From Squalus acanthias (taxonomy: Eukaryota), in contig CM059431.1 in assembly GCA_030390025.1 (NCBI GenBank), positions 125,118,001 through 125,182,000 of the forward strand: a stretch of 64,000 nt of DNA, read 5' to 3'. The notes below the pieces were generated by a model. The model was not told where the DNA came from and searched no databases. It saw only the letters and a program-made list of their open reading frames with translations. How positions within the stretch are numbered: the first letter of the stretch is position 1; each line of letters opens with the position of its first letter. Positions 49,818 through 61,065 of this stretch are shown piece by piece. The translations under genes and the position numbers were made by a program.

Positions 49818-51469
49818 ATAGCTCTTTCTCTAAGCCACTAAAAGCACAATGCTGTTTGAATTTGTTGTGTTGGAAGTGTTCTTGTAGTTGCTGGTGGTCT
49901 TACAATGTTAAATGGCATGCACAACAATGTTGGCATTTGGGCAGATGCTGTTGATTGTAGGCTGGAAGGACTGAGACAAATTATAGACACGCCTGCTAAT
50001 GCAGGGAACATGGATTGTTCAACTGAAGTTCTCTTCAATAAGCTGCTGCTGAAGAGCTCTGGCTGCAGGCAACTGTTGAACCCCTTCTGATTCATCACCA
50101 TCTTCCAGGCCATCAGTATCCTGAAGGCCCCTCCCCAACAGGAGCTCGATGTGCTGGCCTCATTGCACGGCAAAATTACGCAGCACATGACAATCATATA
50201 GGATATTTTTTGCAGGCTGTATTGCAGGAAGCCACCAGTCTGTCCAGGAATCTGAATCAATGGGCTGAATGCAAGAGTGCATGGGTTTGTGTGCGGGTGG
50301 GGGGTTAAAAACCAGGAAAAATGTCAGAGCATCGGGTAGCCGGCTCCAACCCACTGACTTCTGCATTTAACTCGAGCGCATTAGGCTGCGTGCGCGCAAC
50401 CCCCTCGGGAGAGGCACGTTGCCAATTACCATATGTTAATCGCTCAATTAGAGCAATATTAACACACACTTTTGACATTAACGTGGGCCCACGGGTTTGC
50501 CTGGGGTTCCTGATACTCGCCAGTGAAAGCAAGGTGAGTGCTCAGCGGCAATTGAGGGGGCTGAATCAATCTCAGGGAAATATGCCAATAAATACTCAGT
50601 ACTCACAGCTGCTTTTTTACCTGCTTTCTTACCTGCTTGTTTTGTGCTACGCTCAAGACTAATTTCACCCTCATTGTTCAGCGAACTGCTTGATAAGACT
50701 CTTGTTGAAAAATGGATGTGATGGTAGCAGATTTCCACTGCTGAGCATGAATTTGTTCACTCTAGCCAACAAGGCATTCGTCATCTGTTTAATGAAGGCA
50801 TAGACTGCAGACCGACTGATGTTGCCATCCCCTGGAAGGAGCCAGAGGCAAAGAAGTTGAGGGCTGAAGTAACCTTGACTGTAACAAGCAATGCGGTGTT
50901 AGCTATAGCAGTTGGCTGCAGGACATGTTGCAGGATTTGACATAACTTTGGTAATGCAACCTTGGACAAGTGAAGCTTCCTTTTACACTGTTCCTTAGAG
51001 AACTCCAGGTATGTTGTTTTGAGTCGATAAACTCTATTGGGAGGGTAAGGATTTCTCTCTTCCTTCTCTGCCTCCTTTTATTTTCTCTCCCTCCTCCAGC
51101 TACAGCTGTTTACTCTTTCCTCCTCCTGCTCCTTCTCCAAAAGTGGGATTCCGCACAGTACTCCCATGAAGAAACAAATGCAATGCCATTTCAGAGCTTA
51201 CAAGAGTGACTGAGAAAATTTTTGCGAACTTTAAGGTGATAATGCCTACAAGATAGGGCAAGAAAAATATCACCGAAAAACCTATGCAGCTTTGTCTGAG
51301 AGTAGCAGAGGATTCCTTGAAATTGGATTTGAAATGTCCAACTCATGACAGCTCATGGTTTGTGGCATTAGTCAGGCAGTAAAGCATCATAACAATGTCA
51401 GGCAACCCTGATTTGCACGTATTCACAAGGCTCCCACCTGTTTTCAGAGAGGAGCTTCCCCCTCTAAAA

Positions 51470-53935
51470 TAGAGAGTAAGATGAAGCAGAAAAAGGGGGC
51501 ATATGACAGATGTCAGGTTGAGAATACACGTGAGAACCAGGCTGAATATAGAAAGTTCAGAGGGGAAGTGAAAAAGGAAATAAGAGGGGCAAAGAGAGAG
51601 TATGAGAATAGATTGGCAGCTAACATAAAAGGGAATCCAAAAGCCTTCTATAGGCATATAAATAGTAAACAGGTAGTAAGAGGAGGGATGGGGCTGATTA
51701 CGGACCAAAATGGAGACCTACGCATGGAGGCAGAGGGCATGGCTGAGGTACTAAATGAGTACATTGCAGGGAAGAAGATGCTGCCAAAGTCATAGTGAAA
51801 GAGGAGATAGTTAAGATATTGGATGGGATCAAAATGGATAAAGAGGAGGTTAGCTGTGCTAAAGTAGATAAGTCACCAGGACCAGATGGGGTGCATCCCA
51901 GGATGCTGAGGGGAGTAAAGGTGGAAATTGCAGAGGTACTGGCCAAAATCTTCCAATCCTCCTTGGACACGGGGCTGGTGTCAGAGTACTGGAGAATTGC
52001 AAATTGTTCAAAAAAGGGTGTAAGGATAAACTCAGCAACTACAGGCCAGTCAGTTTAACCTTGGTAGTGGGGAAGCTTTTAGAAACAACAATCCAGGACA
52101 AAATTAACAGTCACTTGGACAAATGTGGATTCATTAAGGAAAGCCAGCACGGATTTGTGAAAGTCAAATCATGTTTAACTAACTTGATTGAGTTTTTTGA
52201 TGAGGTAACAGAGAGGGTTGATGACGGCAATCTGGTTGATGTGGTGTACATGGACTTCCAAAAGGCGTTCGACAAAGTGCCACATAATAGGCTTGCCAGC
52301 ATAGTTGAAGCACATGGAATAAAAGGGAAAGTGGCAGCATGGATACAAAATCGACTAAGTGACAGGAAACAGAGAGTAGTGGTGAACTAACAACAGAAAA
52401 CGCTGGAAAAACTCAGCAGGCCAGGCAGCATCCATGGAGAGAGAAACAGAGTTAATGTTTCAGGTCGAAGACCTTTCGTCAGAACTGGAAAAAAGCAGGA
52501 AATGAAATAGATTTAAAGCAAGTATAAAGCTGGGAAAAGGGGGAGGGATGAAAGAACAAAGGGGAAATTCAGTGGTGGGATAGAAAGCAAGAGAGATTAA
52601 GAGACATTGAGAGACATTAAGAGATAATCAAGGCAAGAGGAGGTGTTAATGTGACAGGTTGAGGCTAGATGAAGTGTGAGATGCGCTGGCAGAATGAAGG
52701 ACAGCTGCCAGCTTCTGGGAGGGAAAAAAAAGGCCAAACAAAAGGGTGGATGAAAAAATAAAATAAAAAAAATATAAATGTGAGAGGGGCCGAGGTTATG
52801 ATCTGAAATTGTTGAACTCGATGTTGAGTCCAGAGGGCTGTAGGGTGCCTAATCGAAAGATGAGGTGCTGTTCCTCGAGCTTACGCTGAACTGTTGTTTA
52901 TCGAACTGGAGGAAGGTACACAGTGAGGTTCCCCAGGGGTCGGTACTAGGACCACTGCTTTTCTTGATATATATTAATGACTTAGACAGCACAATTTCAA
53001 AATTTGCAGATGACACAAAACTTGGCAGCATAGTGAACAGTGAGGAGGATAGTGATAGACTTCAAGAAGACATAGACAGGCTGGTGGAATGGGCGGACAC
53101 GTGGCAGATGAAATTTAATGCAGAAAAGTGCGAAGTGATACATTATGGTAAGAAGAACGAGGAGAGGCAATATAAACTGAAATGTACAATTCTAAAGGGG
53201 GTGCATGAACAGAGAGACCTGGGGGGTATATGTGCACAAATCATTGAAGATGGCAGGGCAGGCTAAGAAAGAAGTTAAAAAAGCATACGGGATCCTGGGC
53301 TTCATAAATAGAGGCATAGAGTACAAAAGCAAGGAAGTTTTGATGAACCTTTATAAAACATTGGTTTGGCCTCAACTGGCATATTATGTTCAATTCTGGC
53401 ACTGCACTTTAGGAAGGATGTGAAGGCCTTAGAGAGGGTGCAGAAAAGATTTACGAGAATGGTTCCAGGGATGAGGGACTTCAGTTACATGGATAGACTG
53501 GAGAAACTGGGGTTGTTCTCCTTAGAGCAGAGAAGGTTGAGAGGAGATTCGATAGAGGTGTTCAAAATCATGAGGGGTCTAGACAGAGTAGATAGAGAGA
53601 AACTGTTCCCATTAGTGGAAGTGTCGAGAACCAGAGGACACAGATTTAAGGTGATTGGCAGAAGAACCAATGGTGACATGAGGAAAAACATTTTTTACGC
53701 AGCGAGTGGTTATGATCTGGAATGCATTGCCTGAAAGGGTGGTGGAGGCAGATTCAATCGTGGCTTTCAAAAGGGAATTGGATAAGTGTCTGAAGGAAAA
53801 GAAATTGCAGAGCTACAGGGAAAGGGCGGGGGATTGGGACCAGCTGAACTGCTCTTGCAGAGAGCCGGCACCGGCTTGACAGGCCAAATGGCCTCCTTCT
53901 GTGCTGTAACCATTCTATGATTCTATGATTCTATA
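51470..53935 (+). mobile_element. CR1 ORF2 fragment, decayed, interrupted by a PLE piece
   Basis: NPKAFYRHI, KSPGPDGVHPR, NYRPVSLT, KFADDTK; TTCTATGA tail. Confidence 0.92.
52389..52886 (-). mobile_element. PLE 3' end / pseudo-LTR (second family)
   Basis: Reverse complement of ~60150-60626; short TGAACT duplication at the junctions; hammerhead-like motif at 52450-52486. Confidence 0.85.
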
Positions 53936-54893
53936 AAAAAAAATCAGATGGGTTCTGTAACTAGAATGATAGGTGGGAGGTAATGATACTTCATTTTCCA
54001 CCTCTTTCTGTTCTGTTTGAAGACAAACAGGGTGATAAAGAGAGCAAAATTACCTCTTAATGCCAACCAGAAAAGGTAAAGAAAAGCTTAACGTTTGACT
54101 AGACCAGACTTCAGTCAAATAAAAGTGCCTCACCAATGCGTATTGGACTTAGTAACATTCTTTTTGCAGTGACATTAAAACCGGCAACTAATATTTGTTA
54201 AAGTTGGAATCAATGATAATTTTGTGTGATTAATGGAAGATTCATTAAGTCGTCGTCAAATACTGACTTCATCAAATTTACATAACTTGCTTCAGTACCC
54301 AATCCAGAATGGCATGTTATTCCCAACACGATCAGACAGAGTGCTCTGAAGAAGAGACCAGTATTTGCATTCTATAACTAATATCATCTGACTATATATA
54401 ACTACTGATGTCCTAAAAAATTGTATTGTTCTCGTTGCTGGTGCTGTAACAATAGTAAAAAAGCTTTTAGTGCTTGGAACCAGTAACTTCCTTTCACTTA
54501 TTCATGTCAACATCAGTAAGTGTACCGATTGTAACTTGATAATGCAACTTGATAATGCACAGATTAGATTTGAGAATATTGTTCTTTTGTCGTTGCTTAA
54601 ATTTAAGTAGATTTCCACATTCTGATTGAGTCAATTTCCTCAGGTACAATGTAAAGATTATTGCCAGGAGTTTTCTCGTGGTTTTATCCTGATCGGCAGC
54701 CAGAACATCGGCAGTAACACCGGATACACGCGTAAACAAGGTTTCCACCGAAGTTACGGTGCTGATTGGGAGAAACCTCGAGGAAATTCCCAGCATGTGC
54801 ATTTGTAAAGCAGAAATAGAGGTCATGGAATATAAAAGAAGCTGCAGAATGTACAAATAATTTTTAAAAATCACAATGAAATGAAAACAGATG

Positions 54894-56900
54894 GGCCTAG
54901 AAATTCAATTGTCTGCAGCCATTTGACAGGTGAAAACGGGCGCCTAATGGTCCAACGTGGTGTGCGTGCACTTGTAAAATTCGCAATTATCGCGATTCGA
55001 AATAACAAGATAGAAGCAGATTCGTTTGATCAGTTTATTTAAACAAAATGCTGTCATGATATAAAGGACACAGAAGCCTGTAAAATGGCCGCCGAGCATC
55101 GTGTCAGAAGCTTCCAGAATTTTCAGTGGGCAGACAAGATGGCGTTCGAATAAACATTTCAGTATAAGATTTGATAATACTCAGCAAACACTGATAAAGA
55201 CAGGATGCAACCTGTTTGCATTTGTGACAATAGCAAAGATAAGTGCTGGAATCGTTTTCCATGCACAAGTCAGGACCATTGTACTGGGCAATCGAAGGCC
55301 CATCCAGACACAGCAATACACATATCAGTATTCGAGGAGGCCCCAAAACCAGTCAGGGAGACTCCTAGCCGGTTTGACAATGGGGAAAACATTAACGGAT
55401 AATTGGCCAGTTTAAGGTGCTACCGAAATCCATTAAAGGAAAGAATCGCCCCATGCTGGGAGTTTTGTGCACCAGTATTACACAAAGGACAAACATCAAG
55501 ATTTGAGCGGGAGATAAGGGAACACAGCACTATAACTATAGTGAACAAATGTACATCGCTCTCTTATTCTCCCGGCTGGTCTTATTCCCTTGATTCGTGC
55601 TCTTATCTCTGCTGACTCTTGACTCGGGCTGAGCTCTTGACTGTTTTATCTCGCTGATGACTGCTGAACTTTTATTCTCCTATTCTGATCCTCGGGTATC
55701 GCTCTGCTGGACGAGCAGCCTTCTGTTTTTCTCTGGACTCTGTTGACTATGTTGGGTGGAGCTCAAACGGAACGAGTCGCCTCGACGAAGGCCAGTGACC
55801 GGGTGCACCATCCCGAGGGTCGGTACACAGTGTTCTGGACCCGAAGGCCCGAAGAGACGAGGCGAGACGAGACGAGAAGAAGAGGAGAAGAATCCACGTA
55901 CCGCCACGGTCAGTAAACCCCGACCGCGCCCGAAAATACAAGAAAGAACTGCAGCGAAACGAGCCAAGTGCCTCGTTTAAAATTCTCCGAAGTATCACGA
56001 GTGGTGAACATGTTTCCCGATCCTACAAATCTAGATTAGTGTAGGTATTGATAGGGGAGGGTGGTTTTATTAAGGATAAATATAATGTGTTCCCCTTTTT
56101 ACAATGTGCCGTGCGTTCTTCATTACCATAGACCAAGTTTTATGAATGTATGTATACTTCTACTATCGTTAATTTGTGCCTATGACATGTACTTCATGAT
56201 TTTGGACGTTATGCAATAAAGATTTCCATTTCGTACTATTCACCCGGGTCTATTTGAGTTTTCTCTGCATTACTGCTCTCGCACCTAAGTCCAGTGTTAG
56301 AACCGTAAGGGCGAGTGGGTCGAACCACTCACAGGTGCTTATTGCAACAAGGCTGGCCGGAGACCAGGGCAAGCAATAGTATTAGGCAACGAAGGCCTAA
56401 CCCCGCACAAGCACCCTGAACCGTAACCCCTTACACACTCACTCTGTGCCGGAAGTTCGCCTCATGTCATATTGGTTGCGGCACCCTGTAGCCAGGATGC
56501 TCTCCTGAAACAGCGTTAGGCCCATTGCTAATGCAACTCGGGGGCCTAACACCTGTTTCACACCCCTTTGGAAAATCTGTTTGCAACAGACCGCAGCATC
56601 CATGGTGCAAGCTATGGTTCATATTCTGAGGTGTAAAGGGAACCTCTGGAGATTGCCACCAAATGGTAAGTTCAAAGTTTTTTACTTACCTGAATGTGGA
56701 GCCAGTTGAAGAGGGAGTGCTCCTCCTGGCTCCACATTAAAATCGCGGACCACTGCCAGCTCACCACCCCTCCCGATTGCCTCCCCGCCCCCAGAGTCAC
56801 CCGAGGAGCTTGGCTGGTGTCCAAACCAGTCGAATTAATTCCCCACCCCCCACACGAGCTGCCTCTGGGCCTCTGTCACCCACTGCTTGCCGGTACGATA
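54894..56900. mobile_element. TIR MITE (GGCCTAGAAATTC end) split by a solo LTR; right end uncertain
   Basis: Left end resembles the TIR at 48676. Confidence 0.45.
54973..56435 (+). mobile_element. Solo LTR, long family A (1463 bp)
   Basis: TGTA...TACA; CACT TSD (54969-54972, 56436-56439). Confidence 0.92.
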
Positions 56901-58055
56901 CAAATTTATTATGTGCTGCACCGGGACCGTACCCTGATCCATTTTCTAACCAGAATTGTTTCAAATCCTTAAGATGTCTGTCCGCATGTGAATGGAAAAA
57001 AAAACAACAAAAGAAAAAAAGAACTGCAAATGTTAACAGGTCTGCTGTGGATTTCTACCATTTTCTATTTTTGTAATTTTAAGCTTAAAATACAAAAACA
57101 AAATAAAATGCTAGAAATCTACAGCAGATCTGTTAACTTTTGCAGTTCTTTTTTCCATTTGTTGTGTTTTTCTCTGTTCAGAAGTTGACCAACCTGCTTT
57201 GTATTTTCAGCATTTTCTGCTTTCATTCCATTGTGCAATTTATTTTTCTTTTATATTTGTACATTCAGCAGCTTCTTTTATTGTCCACGACCTCTATTTC
57301 CACTTTCCCCACACGCTGGGAACTTCCTTGGGGCTTTTTTTCCCGATCAATGCGGTTGTGGATAATAGGCATCATTACACCTTGCAAAAATAATTGTGTG
57401 TCTTGGAACTGAGCTCCAATTAAGATTAGAAAGCACACAGGATCGGGATGATTAGCTGAATCTCAAACTTTTAATGCCCACAATTAATGTAGGAAACACA
57501 TAGGAATTCATTCGCATTTGTATCTTTAAGGTTTAGCATATAATGCCACATTCAGCTGTCCCACATCAAACCAAATCAAATAACATTAAAATCTTTTATA
57601 TGAGTAAAGTCTAATGTTGTTTGGAAGCCATTTCACTCTTCTTAGCAGAAATGAATGACATTTTTTATCTTCTTAACTCCAGTCATGCAAAAATAACAAG
57701 ATTGATGGATCAAAATCATGAGGAGACTTTGCCAAATTCCCAATCATGGGCAAGATTCCACATCAGCAGTGCAATTTTTTAAAGTACCCCATCTATTTCT
57801 AATCATAAACATTGATTTTAAATAGGAACAACATGAATACAGACTTTCGAATAACAGATGAAATATGGCGACTACTGATGTCATTGAAGGCTGTTAGATC
57901 GTTTGTGATTTATATTCTTTCAGCAATTGTTGCCATGACTTTGTTTACTGGGAATTATTGGGAATTACTGGGACCATTTATTATCACTTGATTTATGTCC
58001 CGGTCATTTGTACATTCATTTGTAGTGGTGAGAATGCCTAGCTAGGTTTTCTGTA

Positions 58056-58276
58056 AAAGTGAGAAGTCGCACAACACCAGGTTATAGTCCAACAGTTTTA
58101 TTTGAAATCACAAGCTTTCGGAGCTGCTGCCCCTTCGTCAGGTGAAGCACTTCACCTGACGAAGGGGCAGCAGCTCCGAAAGCTTGTGATTTCAAATAAA
58201 ACTGTTGGACTATAACCTGGTGTTGTGCGACTTCTCACTTTTGTCCACCCCAGTCCAACACCGGCATCTCCGCATC
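58056..58276. mobile_element. Mini-PLE: inverted pseudo-LTR palindrome with a 12-bp flanking duplication
   Basis: Arms 58055-58147 and 58150-58242 are reverse complements; AGGTTTTCTGTA at 58044-58055 and 58277-58288; same family as 7855-7943. Confidence 0.92.
58152..58189 (+). ncRNA. Minimal hammerhead ribozyme (mirror copy on - at 58108-58145)
   Basis: TCAC-CTGACGA-A-GGGGC AGCA GCTCC-GAAA-GCTT-GTGA. Confidence 0.8.
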
Positions 58277-58604
58277 AGGTTTTCTGTAGTGCAAGGAAGA
58301 CGTGTTCTGTTTAAATTTTTATCAAGTTTTGTTATGCTTATACAAGCAGTTCCATAAAAATTGGACCTATCCTAGGAGATGAACAGTGCTGCCCATGAAA
58401 TAGGAAAGAATTGGGAAGAAAAGTTTCTTAAGTAACCAGTTTTAGGCATTTTAACTTTTTTGGTTGAAGAATAAGCCATTTAAATTGTGTAGGATACACA
58501 ACAAAGAGAGTTTATGGACGAATAACCTCTTTTTCCATAGAAATTTAAGCTTTAACAGTTTTTAAACTAGTTGCTGGGAGTATATGAAGCTCCCAGTCTG
58601 TTTT

Positions 58605-58845
58605 AATCTAGGCTGACACTTTAGTGCCATACTGAGGGAGTGCTGCACTATCGGAGGTGCCATCTGTTGGATGAGACATTAAACCAAGGTCCCGTCTGCC
58701 CTCTCAGATGGACGTAAAAGATCACCTGGCTCTATTTGAAGAAGGGCAGGGATTTTTCCCCAGTGTCCTGGTCACCTTTTAATCGCTCAACCGACATCAC
58801 TAAAACAGATTTGCTGGTCATTAGCACATTTTTGTTTGTGTGCCC
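58605..58845 (+). mobile_element. Deu-domain SINE fragment (SacSINE1/AmnSINE1-like); other pieces at ~58955-59092 (-) and ~61310-61575 (+)
   Basis: GGCTGACACT..AGTG...TACTGAGGGAGTGCTGCACT.TCGGAGGTGCC..GATGAGAC.TTAAACC recognised as the Deu domain. Confidence 0.75.
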
Positions 58846-59840
58846 TGCACACACTCCACCCATTTGTACCTCAAATTTGCATTTGGGGTCCTCTGTAAAT
58901 AAAAGGACCTTGATTTGCACATTACAAGTCGCCTCCTGCCTGGAACGAAAGGAAGAACTTGAATTAATATAGCGCCTTTCATGTCCTCAGGATGCTCCAA
59001 AGCGCTTCACAGCTAATGAAGTATTTTTGAAGTGTAGTCACTGTTGTAATGTAGGAAACGGGGCAGCCAATTTGCACACAGCAAGCTCCACCCGTCAAAT
59101 GCCCGTTGAAACTGCGTCTCAAGTTCAAATTGGCCCCAGTAAATTTAGCACTGATGCAAAGCTTTACATTGACACTAAATTTGTAGCGTAAATGCACTCT
59201 AGGCATCATTCATCTTTTTTAGTTTCCAACATCTGTTCCAAAAATTAGGCACAACTGGACGTAGAAATAATTTCAGTTTTAGTCTTATCTCTTTAGTTTG
59301 AGTTTGTCCCATTTTATTTATAGTATTCAGAATTTTAGTCCTGTTTTAATCATATTGATGGATATATAATAAGGTTACACAATGATTATTCTTCTCTTCA
59401 GTTTACTTGAAGAAAACCACATTGCATGGGGGATTGCCATGGTTACAGTAGCAATTGCTGATGATAGCCATTTTAAACTTCTTGTTGCTCGTGGGAAAGT
59501 AATACTCGTCAGATTATTTTCTCAAACGTGTGAAGTTAATTCTATCTTCCATAAATTTAAAATAATTTATCAGCTGCTCTTGTGAGTCACACATTTTGTA
59601 TTTTTATATGATCAAACAATAGTGCCAGAGCAGAACTAAGTTAATTAGGGAGAGCATGATTAGGAAAATCAGCCTTTAAACAAGAAATGAATTCAAATTC
59701 CTGTACAGTTGTCATCTTTGATTTTATGAGGGGAGATTTCATTTGTGCGCTATAAGGAAACTTCTGCTGTTTCCTATTTCAATGTAGAAAGAACACATTT
59801 ATGATTTTGCTCTGAATATCAAACACCAGAATTCTTTTAC

Positions 59841-60626
59841 GATAGCAAAATACTGCAGATGCTGGAAATCCGAAATAACAACAGAAAAAGCTGGAAAAAC
59901 TCAGCAGGCCAGGCAGCATCCGTGGAGAGAGAAACAGAGTTAACGTTTCAGGTCGAAGACCTTTCGTCAGAACTGGAAATAGCAGGAAATGAAATAGAGT
60001 TAAGGCAAGGATAAAGCTGGGAAAAGGGGGAGGGGATGAAAGAACAAAAGGAGAGATTAAGAGCTCCCAGTCGCCTGTCACTTTAATTCTCCGCTCCACT
60101 CCCACTCTGACCTCACCGTCCTCGGCCTATTACACTGTTCCATGTAAGCGCAGCGTAAGCTCGAGGAACAGCACCTCATCTTTCGTTTAGGCACGCTACA
60201 ACCCTCTGGACTCAATATCGAGTTCAACAATTTTAGATCATAACCTCAGCCCCTACCACATTTATATTTTATTTTTTCATCCACCCTTTTGTTTGCCCCC
60301 CCAACCCCCCCTTTTTTTTCTCCTAGAAGCTGGCAGCTGTCCTTCATTCTGCCAGTGCATTTCACACTTCTTTTAGCCTCAACCTGTCACATTAACACCA
60401 CCTCTTGCCTTGATCATCTCTTAATGTCTCTTAATGGCTCTTAATCTCTCCTTTTGTTCTTTCATCCCCTCCCCCTTTTCCCAGCTTTATCCTTGCCTTA
60501 AATTTATTTCCTTTCCTGCTATTTCCAGTTCTGACAAAAGGTCTTCGACCTGAAACATTAACTCTGTTTCTCTCTCCACGGATGCTGCCTGGCCTGCTGA
60601 GTTTTTCCAGCGTTTTCTGTTGTTAT
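59841..60626. mobile_element. PLE (second family) 3' end with inverted pseudo-LTR and ~16-bp TSD
   Basis: 59876-60062 is inverted relative to ~60440-60625; ACCAGAATTCTTTT(T)AC on both flanks; QRKLEEQHLIFRLGTLQPSGLNIEF is a GIY-YIG C-terminus. Confidence 0.88.
59938..59974 (-). ncRNA. Minimal hammerhead ribozyme (second PLE family)
   Basis: Reverse complement reads AGTT-CTGACGA-A-AGGTC TTC GACCT-GAAA-CGTT-AACT. Confidence 0.8.
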
Positions 60627-60654
60627 ACCAGAATTCTTTTACCCATCTGATTAT

Positions 60655-61065
60655 TCGTCTCTTCTTAGGCAGTCCCTCGGAACCGAGGATGACTTGCTTC
60701 CACACTAAAAATGAGTTTTCAGGTGACTGATGAGTCCAATGCGGGACCTACAGTCTCTGTCACAGGTGGGGCAGACGATGGTTGAAGGGGCGGGTGGGTG
60801 GGGTGCTTGGGTTGACGTGCGCTCCTTCCGTTGTTTGCGCTTGCTTCCGCTTGCTCCCAGCGCAGAGACTCGAGGTGTTCGGCGCCTTCCCGGATGCTTC
60901 TCCTCCACTTTGTGCGGTCTTGGGCCAGGGATTCCCAAGTGTCGGTGGGGATGTTGCACTTTTTCAAGGAGGCTTTGAGGGTGCCCTTGAAGCGCTTCCT
61001 CTGCCCACCTGGGGCTCTCTTGCCGTGTCGGAGCTCCGATTAGAGCGCTTGTTTTGGGAGACTCG
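60655..61065 (-). mobile_element. RTE-clade LINE 3' end
   Basis: LKKCNIPTDTWESLAQDRTKWRRSIREG and terminal zinc finger CPTCDRDCRSRIGLISHLKTH. Confidence 0.85.

Larger units (their letters stand above)
40920..51460. mobile_element. Old Harbinger (Myb gene on +, transposase on -) broken up by nested insertions; boundaries approximate
   Basis: TWLPYRKKCNDLIR (~41140), exon 2 DKLAHNRRE (41499), exon 3 remnants 41809-42390, 46462-46700 and 48295-48370; transposase MGVLCG..NPYPPNRVYR..FSKEQCKRKL..VKVTSALNFFASGSFQ (51167-50790) and GGFLQYS.QKISYMIVMCCV (~50170-50250). Confidence 0.75.

Noticed and set aside
54494..54874. 126-aa minus-strand ORF
   Set aside because: Crosses a small inverted-repeat element; no recognisable domain
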